This document shows positions 37,131 through 50,733 of a DNA stretch of 64,000 nucleotides, one piece after another (position 1 is the first letter of the stretch; the number at the start of each line of letters is the position of its first letter). Both the position numbers and the translations under genes were made by a program. The notes under the pieces are model-generated. The model made no database searches, was not told the DNA's origin, and saw only the letters and a program-made list of their open reading frames with translations. The DNA lies in contig CATNEN010000011.1 of NCBI GenBank assembly GCA_950097015.1, positions 6,510,001 to 6,574,000 of the forward strand, given 5' to 3'. Source of the DNA: Macrostomum hystrix. Lineage: Eukaryota; Animalia; Platyhelminthes.

Positions 37131-37967
37131 ATATAAAAATATAATATAACACTGGAAACCTTAGAGAACTCTCGCTAGGTATAGTAAGCTATTTAATTAA
37201 AGGAAAATGAAGAAATATGGGAAAAGAAGTTCACATTGGGAAGGGCAAGCAGTCTCCCATGCACCTATCAGTCTTCATCAGCGAATTCCCAGCCAATCTG
37301 CTTTTAAGGGCAGGAAAAACCGACAGACAATCGGACAGATCAGGGCCTCGGGGATTACTTATCTTCCTATGTTCCCATATTTCCTGCCATCCTTCTGCCT
37401 CCCCTCGCTGACTTTGGCGGGGCAGTTTGCCCGGCAACAGGTCCTGCAGCTTGCACTTTGCCCAGCGACTGCTTGGAGACCGTGAGGGATGCGCGCTAGT
37501 GAAAATCTTGACCCCACCGTAGACTCTGGCAAGACTTTTTCCCTCCATCCTTTCTAGTCCGACGAGAGGCGGGAGAGGAAGTCAGAAATGAGGAAAAAAA
37601 TTCGCACGAGTGGCAGAAAACGAAAGAACTAGGGCCTACGTTTCTCTCACTTTAAACTTCTGTAGCTCCTTTTTTGCCCTCGTGCGGTTAGCATTCTACT
37701 CGCTGTCTTAAAGAACATTTGGCAGTATAGTTTCTGCTGCCGCTGCTGCCGCTGCTGCTGTTGCTGCTGTGCATGTTTATGTGCTTAGGTTGTTTGGAAA
37801 GTTGAATATCGGCGAACCGGGACCGAAACCCAGCGCAGAGATTTCCGATTCCTCTTTCTCTCGCTGAAAATTGTTTGGCCTTTTTTGCACCGACTGAAAG
37901 CAGTTCACAGGAATTCGGGGAAAGTGAAAGATGAGAGGAAGAGAGGGGGAGAGAATGAGCTAAAATA

Positions 37968-38530
37968 TGAGAGAGGGAGATAAGATAGGAGCGAGGGAGA
38001 TAAGATAGGAGAGAGGGAGATAAGATAGGAGCGAGGGAGATAAGATAGGAGTGAGGGAGATAAGATAGGAGAGAGGGAGATAAGATAGGAGCGAGGGAGA
38101 TAAGATAGGAGAGAGGGAGATAAGATAGGAGTGAGGGAGATAAGATAGGAGTGAGGGAGATAAGATAGGAGTGAGGGAGATAAGATAGGAGAGAGGGAGA
38201 TAAGATAGGAGTGAGGGAGATAAGATAGGATAGAGGCAGATAAGATAGGAGAGAGGGAGATAAGATAGGAGAGAGGGAGATAAGATAGGAGCGAGGGAGA
38301 TAAGATAGGAGAGAGGGAGATAAGATAGGAGAGAGGGAGATAAGATAGGAGAGAGGGAGATAAGATAGGAGAGAGGGAGATAAGATAGGAGAGAGGGAGA
38401 TAAGATAGGAGAGATGGAAATAAGATAGGAGAGAGGGAGATAAGATAGGAGAGAGAGAGATAAGATAGGAGAGAGGGAGATAAGATAGGAGAGAGGGAGA
38501 TAAGATAGGAGAGAGGGAGATAAGATAGGG
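37968..38530 (+). repeat. 20-bp purine-rich minisatellite (gagagggagataagatagga)n
   Basis: About 28 units. Confidence 0.95.
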
Positions 38531-39469
38531 AGTGAGGCAAAGAGTGAGAGGGGGAGAGGGGGAGAGAAAGGATGTGTAGGAAGACATCGGAAATTCGCGT
38601 GGTACAATAGAATTTTTTCAATCCAACGAAATGAAGCAACGGAAAAAAGGCGACAATAGGAGATAAAAATGGTTTGGATTGCAGACATTCGCAGGAAAAA
38701 ATAATTAAAAGAAGAACGACTTGATCCCGATAATGGAAGGCAAATAATGGAACAAGCGGAGTCGTGTATCAACAGGACGCTGAGCACAGGCTTCTCAGCC
38801 GGAAGTTGCCACGACCGACGGATTGTGAGTTTCGGGGAGAGAAAAATAATTAGACAAAGAATGTTACAGCCAGGCCGGAAGCAGGATGTGCAAAGCACGA
38901 GATGGAAGCAGCGTGGCATGAGATGAGATGAGCATGAGGTGAGCTGGCTTATTGAAGCAACGCCCCGCCCTGATTTGCGAGCACTTTCGCAGATTATTTT
39001 TGTTATGATGAGGCCTCATTTACTGATGAGCAGGAACAGCAGAGATTTAGCTTTCGACAGTCAATCCTCTCATTAAAATATCCCCTTCGCCAGCAAGCAC
39101 TCATCCTCTTTTTCTCCGATTTCTCCCATTACTCCTCATGCAAAGATTTGTTAAAAGCGGAAAGACAAGCAACAATGGACTGAAAGGAAGCGGTGAGCTG
39201 GCTCAAGGAATTAAGCTTTCACTGAAATCCAGGCTCTTCTCGAGGGGAGGGCAATTCGTCAAATTTAAGGAAAGTCCAGAGCTAGGGGAGTCCAGAATTT
39301 TTCGTCAAAGAAATGTCTTTGAAATATGAGATTTAATAATTTAAAAGCTTCATGACTTACTTATCTTTTTTATGATGGCCCTCATATTCCATTATTAATA
39401 AAACAGAAATTAATGCCCGCCTCACTCCATTCCACGACGCACTATTGACACGATCACCTCTTTCCCTGC

Positions 39470-39775
39470 CGCGACACGCTATAGACACCCACCTCTCTCC
39501 CTGCCGCGAAAGACTATAGACACCCACCTCACTCCCTGCCGCGACGCGCTATAGACACCACCTCTCTCCCTGCCGCGAAAGACTTATAGACACCCACCTC
39601 ACTCCCTGCCGCGACGCGCTATAGACACCACCTCTCTCCCTGCCGCGACGCGCTATAGACACCCACCTCACTCGCTGCCGCGACACGCAATAGACACCCA
39701 CCTCACTCGCTGCCGCGAAACGCTATAGACACCCACCTCACTCGCTGCCGCGAAACGCTATACACACTCACCTCA
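39470..39775 (+). repeat. 34-37-bp minisatellite (ctatagacacccacctcactccctgccgcgacgcg)n
   Basis: About 8 units ending about 60 nt before the exon 2 acceptor. Confidence 0.9.
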
Positions 39776-39834
39776 TTTCCTACATTTTGCGTAACCTAGA
39801 GACTGCACGCAAAGTGATTATGGCCCTTTCACAG

Positions 39835-40639
39835 GCACCTACTCCGGCTGCTGGTTCCACGGCACCCGGCACGGCCTTGGTATACGCCAGTCCGTCCCAT
39901 TCGGCCTGGCAGCCCACTACAAAGAGGAGCGCCGACTTCGCGAGTCTTTGACGTCGCTGCGCTCGCAAGACGAAGCCTCGGCTGAGGCAGCCGCCGCACA
40001 GGACGCGCGCGAGCGAGCAAAGCGGCTTGACGAACCGCGCGGCGGCTTCGTCCTGCGTGGCCGGATGATCGACGCCACGGCGGCGGTCTCAGCTGGTGTA
40101 CACGGCCCGAACCAACAGGCAAAGCGCAATTCGCTAACCAAGACTTTAATGGGCCGGCTGAGGAAGCAGCGATCAGCCGGCGATGTCAACAATGACCAGC
40201 GCTCGTCCGGTAGATACTCCGGCTCGCTGCGTTCGGCTCTGAGCGATCGATCCGCCACTTTGGCGTCGGGCGCAGGTCCGGCCACTTCGCCGGACTTTTT
40301 CGAAGAGATTGTCGACCCGTCGACTACGGAGGCGTACTACGGCGACTGGAAGCAGGACAAGCGGGCTGGTCTGGGTGTCGCCGAGCGCAGCGACGGTCTC
40401 AAATACGAGGGCGAATGGGACGGTAATAAGAAGCACGGCTACGGTTGTACGACCTTTCCGGACGGCAGCGCAGAGTCAGGAAAGTACAAGAACAACATTC
40501 TGGTGGCTTCAACGGCCAAGCGGAGCAAGCTGTTCATCATCAAGAGTGCGCGACTGCGCGACCGGGTCGAGACCGCGGTGCGCGAGGCCAGAAACGCCAT
40601 GGCTGAGGCTATTAAAAAGGCCGAGAATGCACAGTCAAG
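39835..40639 (+). CDS. JPH: Junctophilin exon 2 (MORN repeats, joining region, start of the helical domain)
   Basis: tttcacag| then TYSGCWFHGTRHGLGIRQSVPFG...YYGDWKQDKRAGLG...YEGEWDGNKKHGYG. Donor AG|gttggt. Confidence 0.95.
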
Positions 40640-40750
40640 GTTGGTGTTCTAATTTGGTGTTCTATCTTGGTGTTCTATCTTGGTGTTCTATCTTGGTGTT
40701 CTATCTTGGTGTTCTATCTTGGTGTTCTATCTTGGTGTTCTATCTTGGTA
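40640..40750 (+). repeat. 13-bp repeat (ttggtgttctatc)n starting at the splice donor
   Basis: About 8 units. Confidence 0.9.
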
Positions 40751-41502
40751 TTCTAATTGGAAATTTGAGTGTGTGTTATAACCTGTCCATGGACTGAACA
40801 GCTGTCCAGAGCCTTTGGAAGCCCGTGCATTAGGTGCAGTAGTATTAGGTAGTCTATTTTAATTATCATGTTTTTTTCATCATGTATCTCGGTGCAATAT
40901 CAATTTAACTATTCGTGCATCTGTCAATAACGAGCCGCAGCTAAGGCAGGTGTATATCTTCATGCAATCAGGGTTAGTCACACGGCAGCCGAATCTGCTA
41001 ACCTTTTCCTAACTTTTCCAGCTAAAATGACTAACTCAATAGTCAACAGACAAATCAGAATTTAGTAACCATGCGAAAAAAATAAGCCATATAGGATTTC
41101 GGCCTTCAACTGTTGCACTTTAAACAATTCAGACAGACATGAACGTCCGCCTACCGCTGTTGCGCATCGAATTGTAACCTTTTAACCAACTAATAACCAT
41201 GATCCCTTGCCATGTCTTCTGGGCGGAAAATGGGAGAAAAGAATTTTAGTGAAAGTTTCTTTCACGTCGAAGCGGTTGTCGAAATTCTTGTGGGAAAAAA
41301 GTCGGTCAGTCCATTGGTAGGGATCGAGAGAGACAGGTATGATAGAGATCGGTTGCTAAGTCTTCTGTTGGCTTTTGAAATTTGCCAGCAAAGTCGAAAA
41401 TTCGGCGAATTAAAAAGAAGACAAGAGTTTAATTGCGTAACAGGGATCAACGGAAACCTAGAAAAAAAAACAAAAAAAACTTCTGAGGCTTCAGGAAAGT
41501 TT

Positions 41503-42610
41503 TGGGGAACCTTCAGGAAACTTTATCAAACCTTCAGGAAACTTTATCAAACCTTCAGGAAACTTTACCAAACCTTCAGGAAACTTTATCAAACCTTCAG
41601 GAAACTTTACCAAACCTTCAGGAAACTTTACCAAACCTTCAGGAAACTTTACCAAACCTTCAGGAAACTTTACCAAACCTTCAGGAAACTTTACCAAACC
41701 TTCAGGAAACTTTACCAAACCTTCAGGAAACTTTACCAAACCTTCAGGAAACTTTACCAAACCTTCAGGAAACTTTATCAAACCTTCAGGAAACTTTACC
41801 AAACCTTCAGGAAACTTTACCAAACCTTCAGGAAACTTTATCAAACCTTCAGGAAACTTTACCAAACCTTCAGGAAACTTTACCAAACCTTCAGGAAACT
41901 TTATCAAACCTTCAGGAAACTTTACCAAATCTTCAGGAAACTTTATCAAATCTTCAGGAAACTTTATCAAACCTTCAGGAAACTTTACCAAACCTTCAGG
42001 AAACTTTATCAAACCTTCAGGAAACTTTATCAAACCTTCAGGAAACTTTACCAAACCTTCAGGAAACTTTATCAAACCTTCAGGAAACTTTACCAAACCT
42101 TCAGGAAACTTTATCAAACCTTCAGGAAACTTTATCAAATCTTCAGGAAACTTTATCAAACCTTCAGGAAACTTTATCAAACCTTCAGGAAACTTTACCA
42201 AACCTTCAGGAAACTTTATCAAATCTTCAGGAAACTTTATCAAATCTTCAGGAAACTTTATCAAACCCTCAGGAAACTATACCAAACCTTCAGGAAACTT
42301 TATCAAACCTTCAGGAAACTTTACCAAACCTTCAGGAAACTTTATCAAACCTTCAGGAAACTTTATCAAATCTTCAGGAAACTTTATCAAACCTTCAGGA
42401 AACTTTATCAAACCTTCAGGAAACTTTACCAAACCTTCAGGAAACTTTATCAAATCTTCAGGAAACTTTATCAAATCTTCAGGAAACTTTATCAAACCCT
42501 CAGGAAACTATACCAAACCTTCAGGAAACTTTATCAAACCTTCAGGAAACTTTATCAAACCTTCAGGAAACTTTATCAAACCTTCAGGAAACTTTACCGA
42601 ACCTTCAGGA
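41503..42610 (+). repeat. 21-bp minisatellite (aaccttcaggaaactttatca)n
   Basis: About 52 units. Confidence 0.97.
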
Positions 42611-42678
42611 CCTAACTGAATTCTAGAAATGTCTCCAGTCTAAATCCACATTCGCCAACATCAACCGAATCACTGCAG

Positions 42679-42797
42679 GCAGCAAGTCAGCCGGCAAAAG
42701 GCGGAGCTGGCCGATCAGGCTGCCGACAAGGCCCGACAAGACGCTGAACTGGCTCGCAGATTGGCGCGAGAGTACGCGCCCGACTTTCATCAGCCAG
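42679..42797 (+). CDS. JPH: Junctophilin exon 3
   Basis: cactgcag| then QQVSRQKAELADQAADKARQDAELARRLAREYAPDFHQP, G|gtgagc. Matches the conserved ARELAPDFYQPG. Confidence 0.93.
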
Positions 42798-42819
42798 GTG
42801 AGCCGCGCACTGGTGCCTG

Positions 42820-43190
42820 TCACTCCAATGTAGTGTTTCTTTCACTCAAATATAGTGTCCGTCACTCCAATATATTGCCTTTCACTCCAAGATAGTTTAT
42901 GTCACTCCAAGATAGTTTCTGTCACTCCAAGATAGTTTCTGTCACTCCAAGATAGTTTCTGTCACTCCAAGATAGTTTCTGTCACTCCAATATAGTGTCT
43001 GTCACTCCAAGATAGTTTCTGTCACTCCAATATAGTGTCTGTCACTCCAATATAGTGTCTGTCACTCCAAGATAGTGTCTGTCACTCCAATATAGTGTCT
43101 GTCACTTCAATATAGTGTCTGTCACTCCAATATAGTGTCTGTCACTCTCTATATAGTGTATGTCACTCTAATATAGTGTCTGTCATTCTC
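42820..43190 (+). repeat. 20-bp minisatellite (gtcactccaagatagtttct)n
   Basis: About 17 units starting about 20 nt after the exon 3 donor. Confidence 0.92.
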
Positions 43191-44269
43191 TATTTGAAGT
43201 GTCTATCACTCTTCATGTTTTGTATGACTTATCATCTGTCACTCCTCAATATCTGTGCCGAAGCGTGTATGGCCTGTCTATATTTATCTAGTCAGATTAT
43301 CAAGGAAACAAGGTGCATTCAGACATCAACAAATGTCGCTAAATATTTTTTCTCGCCTCAAATCAGTAGCAAAGCAAGCCTCATAAAAGGAGAGGCAAAA
43401 GAAAATGACAGAAATCTGTCAAAAAATCAACCCGTCGAGTTGTGAGACTCGCGCTGTCAATCAAACTGACAATATAATAATACACGCGTGCGTGCGGTGC
43501 ATGGCGAAAAAATAATAAAAGTATTTTTAAAGAGGAGACTCAGAAAAAACTGGGACAAGCAAAAGTAAAGATGAGTTTGAGGATCTAGAATTTCATTGCT
43601 TCGGTGGGTGGACCCTGGCTCTGCCTAATTCTCCCATGTGGGGATAAACTTTACCCAACCCCGGCTGGGGATGCACCTCCCTCTTCTTTTTCGTCTTATT
43701 TTTTTCTATTAATTAAAAGCTCCCCGCTGCAGGCGTTTTCTCCGGGAATTCGCGTTTCGTTTTGGGACCAGTGGCTCTTATTTCGAATTGAATTCCGAAT
43801 GGAAAATCTAGTTTAGAATAGATGGAATGAAGATGGAGATGGCTTTGAAGCCTTTTAGCCTTGAAGATCGAATGAACCAGGGAGGAACAAGGAGAAGAAA
43901 GTCTATCGCACAGTGCCAGCTATAGTTAAATTAGTTTTGAGGTTCATTTTAAAATAAGCTTTCAAATTAAAAATATATATTCATAGGCCAAATGTCTATA
44001 TTAGCACGCAAATGAAGCCAAAAATTAAGATGACAAAAAGATCCAGAATTTAACTTCGCTTATTATGAGAAACATTAAGTTTCCAAAAATAGCTATAATT
44101 TAATGAGTCATGCGTTTCTAAAAATAGAATTACTTTATGAGTCACACATTGTTTCTAAAAATAGTATTTTTCGATGAATCATCCGTTGCTTCTGAAAAAA
44201 TAGCCTAGTATCTCAAAAACTTCCGCGTAAATATAAAATATTTTGGCCCATAACAACTTTCTCTTATAG

Positions 44270-44505
44270 GCTCAGATTTTCTGAAGCGACGCGTGGAGTC
44301 GGACGCCCTGAACAGCTTGTCCCTGACTACGCATCAAAACGGTTCTAAGCCGACAACAGTAAGCGCGACTGCCAACATCGGCACCGGCAACTCTACGGCA
44401 ACGACGACCGCCAGGACCCTCACCCGGCAGAAGAATATTGAAGAGTCGCCAGGATTAAGTCCGCCACAGCAACCAGGCGGGCTTCAGGTGGATGGCATCC
44501 TTCAG
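44270..44505 (+). CDS. JPH: Junctophilin exon 4
   Basis: ctcttatag| then (G)SDFLKRR, which is like PGPEYQKRR. Donor CAG|gtaagt. Phases are consistent. Confidence 0.85.
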
Positions 44506-45714
44506 GTAAGTGGCTTGTTTGCGTTACTATTTGCTTTCAAGAAGTGCATGCTACTCATAGTCCACTTTGTATAGAGAGTTTGTAAAGAGACGTTCTCACT
44601 AAAATATTATTTTACTAACACGACAATGAACTGAGTACATATGTGCAGCCTATAAGCGTACATCATCCAGTTCACGAATGTACACTGTCTTGCCCCAGTA
44701 CTTTGGGTGGGAGCGACCAGAACACCATAGAGATAGCTCCACCCTCATGCCGCCGAACAATCTCTAATCTGATTGGGTGTCAGACTACGTAATAAAAATT
44801 GCAGCGCGATGCCGCGGACTTTGAAGGACTTTGTCGTCCAATTATTTTGTTTGTCCGTTATTGCAGCAACTAGAAATAGGTTTGGCAGTCAGCCAGCTGT
44901 CCTTGTCTACATGCGGTGATCACATTCGCGACTGCTTTGTAGTAAGTGAGGTAAGTGTAAGCCAGAAGATACAAGACATGACTTGGTGCACTTTTAATCT
45001 AAGTCGGCAAGACCTGCGTATACCCTGGGCCATGCACATTCACTTTTTATGCACCATGTAAACTAATTAAAGTTCCCATTGTACTTTTAAAATATCCTAG
45101 TTAGTTGCCTTAACCATGCTTTAGTAGTATGCCACGAGGTCTATTGGCCACACCAATCGTTTGCTCTGTTATCGTTTAATTGCTGGGCAATGAAACACTT
45201 TTTAGAAGAAATTTGTTTTTATTTTGTTTTCTGTTTGTATTTGTTTAAATGGTGACACAGTGGGTGCACTGATTTTAATTCATGGAAAACGAAATACTAC
45301 GAAATTGTTCTAGGATTTTGCAATTTGAAGATTAATAACTTGACTGATGTCTATGCATATATGTGCGTATATAGTGCAAATGGTCCCTGGTTCAATATTT
45401 GATAAGTGGCATATTTGGCCCATATATAACTAACGTGAGCAGTTTGACTGACTGGCTCAGAGATTTGAGCTGGCCTCAACTCTCTGTTTGCTCATAGAAA
45501 AATGAATAACTCGTGACTTTAGTGATTTTGGCCACGGGTATCCTACAGCTTGACAATTATGAATTCAGTTGTGGCACAGACGTCGATAAGAAAAACTAAA
45601 AAAAAAACTAGGACAGAGACCACGCGAGATTTGACACGATGATTGCATTGCAGTGACTTTGCTCTGACACTGGGCCCGTCCATGACATGGAATACTGCAG
45701 TACAGCGAGGGAGA

Positions 45715-46700
45715 GAAATGGGGAGAGAGTAGATTGGGGAGAGAGTAGATTGGGGAGAGAGTAGATTGGGGAGAGAGGAGATTGAGGAGAGAGTAGATTG
45801 GGGAGAGAGGAGATTGGGGAGAGAGTGTAGATTGGGGAGAGAGGAGATTGAGGAGAGAGTAGATTGGGGAGAGAGGAGATTAGGGAGAGAGAGGAGATTG
45901 GGGAGAGAGGAGATTGGGGAGAGAGAGTAGTTTGGGAAGAGAGTAGTTTGGGAAGAGAGTAGATTGGGAAGAGAGAGGAGATTGGGGAGAGAGTAGATTG
46001 GGGAGAGAGGAGATTGGGAAGAGAGAGGAGATTGGTAAGAGAGTAGTTTGGGAAGAGAGTAGATTGGGAAGAGAGAGGAGATTGGGGAGAGAGGAGATTG
46101 GGAAGAGAGAGTAGATTGGGGAGAGAGGAGATTGGGGAGAGAGTAGATTGGGGAGAGAGGAGATTGAGGAGAGAGTAGATTGGGGAGAGAGAGTAGATTG
46201 GGAAGAGAGAGTAGATTGGGGAGAGAGGAGATTGGGGAGAGAGGAGATTGGGAAGAGAGAGGAGATTGGGGAGAGAGGAGATTGGGAAGAGAGAGTAGAT
46301 TGGGGAGAGAGGAGATTGGGGAGAGAGGAGATTGGGGAGAGAGTAGATTGGGGAGAGAGGAGATTGGGGAGAGAGGAGATTGGGAAGAGAGAGGAGATTG
46401 GGAAGAGAGAGGAGATTGGGGAGAGAGGAGATTGGGAAGAGAGAGTAGATTGGGGAGAGAGGAGATTGGGGAGAGAGTAGATTGGGGAGAGAGGAGATTG
46501 GGGAGAGAGTAGATTGGGGAGAGAGGAGATTGGGGAGAGAGTAGATTGGGGAGAGAGAGTAGATTGGGGAGAGAGTAGATTGGGGAGAGAGAGGAGATTT
46601 GGGAGAGAGAGGGGATTGGGGAGAGTGTAGATTGGGGAGAGAGAGTAGATTGGGGAGAGAGAGGAGATTGGAGAGAGTAGATAGGGAAGAGAGAGGGAGA
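45715..46700 (+). repeat. GA-rich 16-18-bp satellite (gattggggagagag[ta/ga])n
   Basis: Variable-length tandem units. Confidence 0.93.
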
Positions 46701-47409
46701 TTAAGGAGAGACTGTGAGATTGGTTTAAGTATATGTTAACAGGGGGTACTATGTTAAAAGAGAAAAAAGTTCAGAAGCAGATCAATGCAATAGAGAAGAT
46801 GATACTCCGATGGGATTTCGCACCAACGGCCGTCGGTGAAAAGTAACACTTTTAAAGACGAAATTTTCCGAAAGCCGAAAGCAAAAATGGATACAATATT
46901 TTAAACAAGATCAAAGATATTATCTTTTGGAATAATTTCCCTAGGGTTTAGTTCGGAAAAAATGTGTGAAATTGTCTTTCGCGAATGTTGATAGACTGTT
47001 TTTGATGCTTACTGATAGCAAGCGTATATATGGCACACTGGGTGCAGATGTGATTGTGCATTACTGAAGCATGCTTCAGTTATTTAGTCCTCTCATAAGC
47101 TTTTTAAGCTCTCTGCTTTGCTATATTTCTACGCATCTCGGCGGTGACAATTTGGTATTTATGAAATGCCTGTCACTTCTTTCTCGTGCTCAATCCTCAG
47201 GCTCACTTTACACTTTAATCCACTGGGAGTTAAATGCGCCGCGTCACAATCTCTCTCCTTTCTCACTCTGTCCTTGTCTCATCTCCCTCTCTACCTTCAC
47301 TACTTCACTACACTGCCCCGACGAAAAATATTAATTATATTCGAAATATCGGCAAATTTAAATTAATACTCAGCGCCTCTGCTTTACCGCGTCAGAACCA
47401 GGCGTTGAA

Positions 47410-48380
47410 CTGCTCTACTCTCTCCCTCTCTCCCTCTCTACTTCTCCCTCCCTCTCTACTTCTCCCTCCCTCTCTACTTCTCCCTCCCTCTCTACTTCTC
47501 CCTCCCTCTCTACTTCTCCCTCCCTCTCCCTCCCTCCCTCTCTACTTCTCCCTCTCTCTCTACTGTCTCCCTCCCTCTCTACTTCTCCCTCCCTCTCTAC
47601 TTCTCCCTCCCTCTCTACTTCTCCCTCCCTCTCTACTTCTCCCTCCCTCTCTACTGTCTCCCTCCCTCTCTACTTCTCCCTCCCTCTCTACTTCTCCCTC
47701 CCTCTCTACTCTCTCCCTCCCTCCCTCTCTACTTCTCCCTCTCTCTCTACTGTCTCCCTCCCTCTCTACTTCTCCCTCCCTCTCTACTTCTCCCTCCCTC
47801 TCTACTTCTCCCTCCCTCTCTACTGTCTCCCTCCCTCTCTACTTCTCCCTCCCTCTCGACTTCTCCCTCCCTCTCTACTCTCTCCTTCCCTCCCTCTCTA
47901 CTTCTCCCTCTCTCTCTACTGTCTCCCTCCCTCTCTACTTCTCCCTCCCTCTCTACTTCTCCCTCCCTCTCTACTTCTCCCTCCCTCTCTACTCTCTCCC
48001 TCCCTCCCTCTCTACTTCTCCCTCTCTCTCTACTGTCTCCCTCCCTCTCTACTTCTCCCTCCCTCTCTACTTCTCCCTCCCTCTCTACTTCTCCCTCCCT
48101 CTCTACTTCTCCCTCCCTCTCTACTCTCTCCCTCCCTCCCTCTCTATACTTCTCCCTCCCTCTCTACTGTCTCCCTCCCTCTCTACTTCTCCCTCCCTCT
48201 CTACTTCTCCCTCCCTCTCTACTTCTCCCTCCCTCTCTACTCTCTCCCTCCCTCCCTCTCTACTTCTCCCTCTCTCTCTACTTCTCCCTCTCTCTACTTC
48301 TCCCTCTCTCTCTACTTCTCCCTCTATCCTTCTCTCTCCCGCTCTCCTTCTCTCTATCCGTCTCTCCTTCTCTCCCTCTC
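47410..48380 (+). repeat. CT-rich 18-bp satellite (ctctctacttctccctcc)n
   Basis: Pyrimidine tract of tandem units. Confidence 0.93.
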
Positions 48381-49522
48381 TATCTATATCTGTCACACTA
48401 AGCAGTGTCTAGCTTCACAATCGCAGGATCGGCCAAACAGAAACTCATGAATCTGATTGTTTGCGTGGAAAGAGCCAATCGAATGAACACATCAACATGA
48501 TTACTTTTCGTGATGAAACAGCAACTGCACTCAATCGAGATATGCCAGTTTGTACTGGCTCACTTTAGTTAATTAGATTTCTAGCTTATGGAATAGTAAT
48601 TTGAAAAATGTTGAAACGACTCAAAAATTACAGAAAGAGATAAGATTACTATTTCGCGCAGACACAACCCACCAGCCATTGACGAAAATTTCTTCCGCAA
48701 AGAAAGAGAAATAATATTCAGTCTGCTTTAGCCAAAAGAAATTGTGCCCCAGTTTAATTTAAAATCCGTCAGTACCGCCTCCTAGAGGATGGGGAGTAGA
48801 GAAGAGAATTGGGAACAGACTTAAATTCCGAGTCAATAAATAGTGCACAAGCATATAATATACAAAGGCAGCTTCACATTCTATTTTGGGCTAGTAGCAA
48901 AGTGCAGTCAACTTTTCTGGCGGACCAAGCATATAGAGAGTATTTTACTATTCTCTTCGTGAAGAAGTGTTAAGTAGACATTCTATTTTTTCCGCATCCA
49001 TTTTAATTGCACAAAAATGCAGGCCCTAATTTCTCATGTCTTTTTACTGTTATCTTTTATTTTAATGCTTTTCAATGCTAAAACGGCCCTTTTAAGGTCT
49101 ACAATCACTGGGCCATGGCCAATAAATAAAAAGAACTAATACAATCTCTATTATATTTTAAAAAGATTAGAGTTAAAAGAGAACCTAAATTTTTCATATA
49201 TTGGCACATTTACTTTGTAAAAAATATCATAAAATATCGCAAAAACGGCCTAGCTTTGGTCCACAATAACTTGGCGTCGGCAAATCAATAATTAATCCAA
49301 GCTGTAGTGCAATCCTGTCTGTTTTTTGAAACAAATTATGGCGCCAGTTATGGTTGCATATATTTCAAACACATTTAATCCAGAAAAAAGGCTCGAAAAA
49401 CTCCTTAAACGGCCCATTTAAGGGCCACCTTTCAGTGCTTATTTTTTGCGTGTGGCAGCAAAATTTTCTAAAATTTTGTTCGTAAAGTACACGGATTAAT
49501 CATGACTCAATTCTCGCATCAG

Positions 49523-49842
49523 GTTGGCGGGGGCGGCAGCCGCCGTGGCAGCTTCCGAGCGGTCCGCCGAGGCAGCGGAGGCGCCGCCGCAGCTCAGTCG
49601 AATTCAGCAGCTGCCACCGTGTCGACCGCGGCTGCACCAGCCGGCGTTGATGCCAACGAAGTAGTCACGAGACTGCAGGTTGCCCCAGCTGGGTCTAATC
49701 AGAATCCGCAGCTAAGAAGACAGCAGCAGCAGCAGCAGCAGCTTCAGCCAAGCTACTCAGCTGATAAAGTGGAACCACTGTCTCAAATTCTCAGTGGGGC
49801 TAGCAGCGGTGCTCCGGCTAGCGACCATTTCGACCAGTACAG
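49523..49842 (+). CDS. JPH: Junctophilin exon 5 (divergent region, Q7 tract)
   Basis: gcatcag| phase 0, open GC-rich frame, donor AG|gtgagg. Confidence 0.8.
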
Positions 49843-49924
49843 GTGAGGCTCAAGCGATAGCTGTTCTTAAATCGGATAAATTTATGAGCATCCACAGGTT
49901 GGATTTGTGTCTTTATTTCCTCAG

Positions 49925-50320
49925 GTATGTGTCTAACATTTCTGAGATGTGTGTCTAACAGGTTTGAGGTCTGTGTCTAACAGGTTTGAGGTCTGTGTCT
50001 AACAGATTTTAAGTCTGTGTCTAACAGATTCTAGGTCGGTGTCTAACTGGTTTGAGGTATGTGTCTAACAGGTTTGAGGTCTGTGTCTAACAGATTTTAA
50101 GTCTGTGTCTAACAGATTCTAGGTCGGTGTCTAACTGGTTTGAGGTATGTGTCTAACAGGTTTGAGGTATGTGTCTAACAGATTTTAAGTCTGTGTCTAA
50201 CAGATTCTAGGTCGGTGTCTAACAGATTCTAGGTCGGTTTCTAACAGGTTTGAGGTATGTGTCTAACAGGTTTGAGGTATGTGTCTAACAGGTTTGAGGT
50301 ATGTGTCTAACAGTCTAACA
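49925..50320 (+). repeat. 22-bp minisatellite (tgtgtctaacaggtttgaggt[a/c])n
   Basis: Fills most of the 540-bp intron 5. Confidence 0.93.
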
Positions 50321-50382
50321 GTTTGGGATCTATATCTCGTAGGTATGATTTATGTCATCAAAGCGCAAAATTTCCCTTTAAG

Positions 50383-50733
50383 ATCCCTTGGTCCCAACGG
50401 TGGCAGCAGCGCCCTCGGTGGCATCCGACGAAAACGCGACAGCGGCATCGGCCGCGATTCGTCCTTCGAAGAGTCAACGGCGGCCTCGCCGAACAACAGC
50501 GGCGCAGTCGCATTGGTGGGCGGCAGCGGGTTAGCCGTCCCCGCAGTCGGGCCAGCTGCAACCAGCGTCGGTCGTCAGGCCGACTCAGACAGCGGACTAA
50601 GCGAGGTGAGCGCGTCCGGATCCGGACTGAGTCGGGGCGGTAGGCGACGCCGGACGATGCCTTCGCTGCTAAGCTGTCCGCCTGTCAGGCCGGCAACAGT
50701 GGGCCAGGCCACACTTGAGGATGTGACGCATAG
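50383..50733 (+). CDS. JPH: Junctophilin exon 6
   Basis: ccctttaag| phase 2, 351-nt open frame, donor AG|gtgagc. Confidence 0.8.

Noticed and set aside
41212-42626. (FRKLYQT)n and (NLQETLS)n ORFs, and similar ORFs at 5221-5722, 16420-16878, 27196-28449, 34117-35911
   Set aside because: Minisatellite artefacts lying in introns or intergenic DNA.
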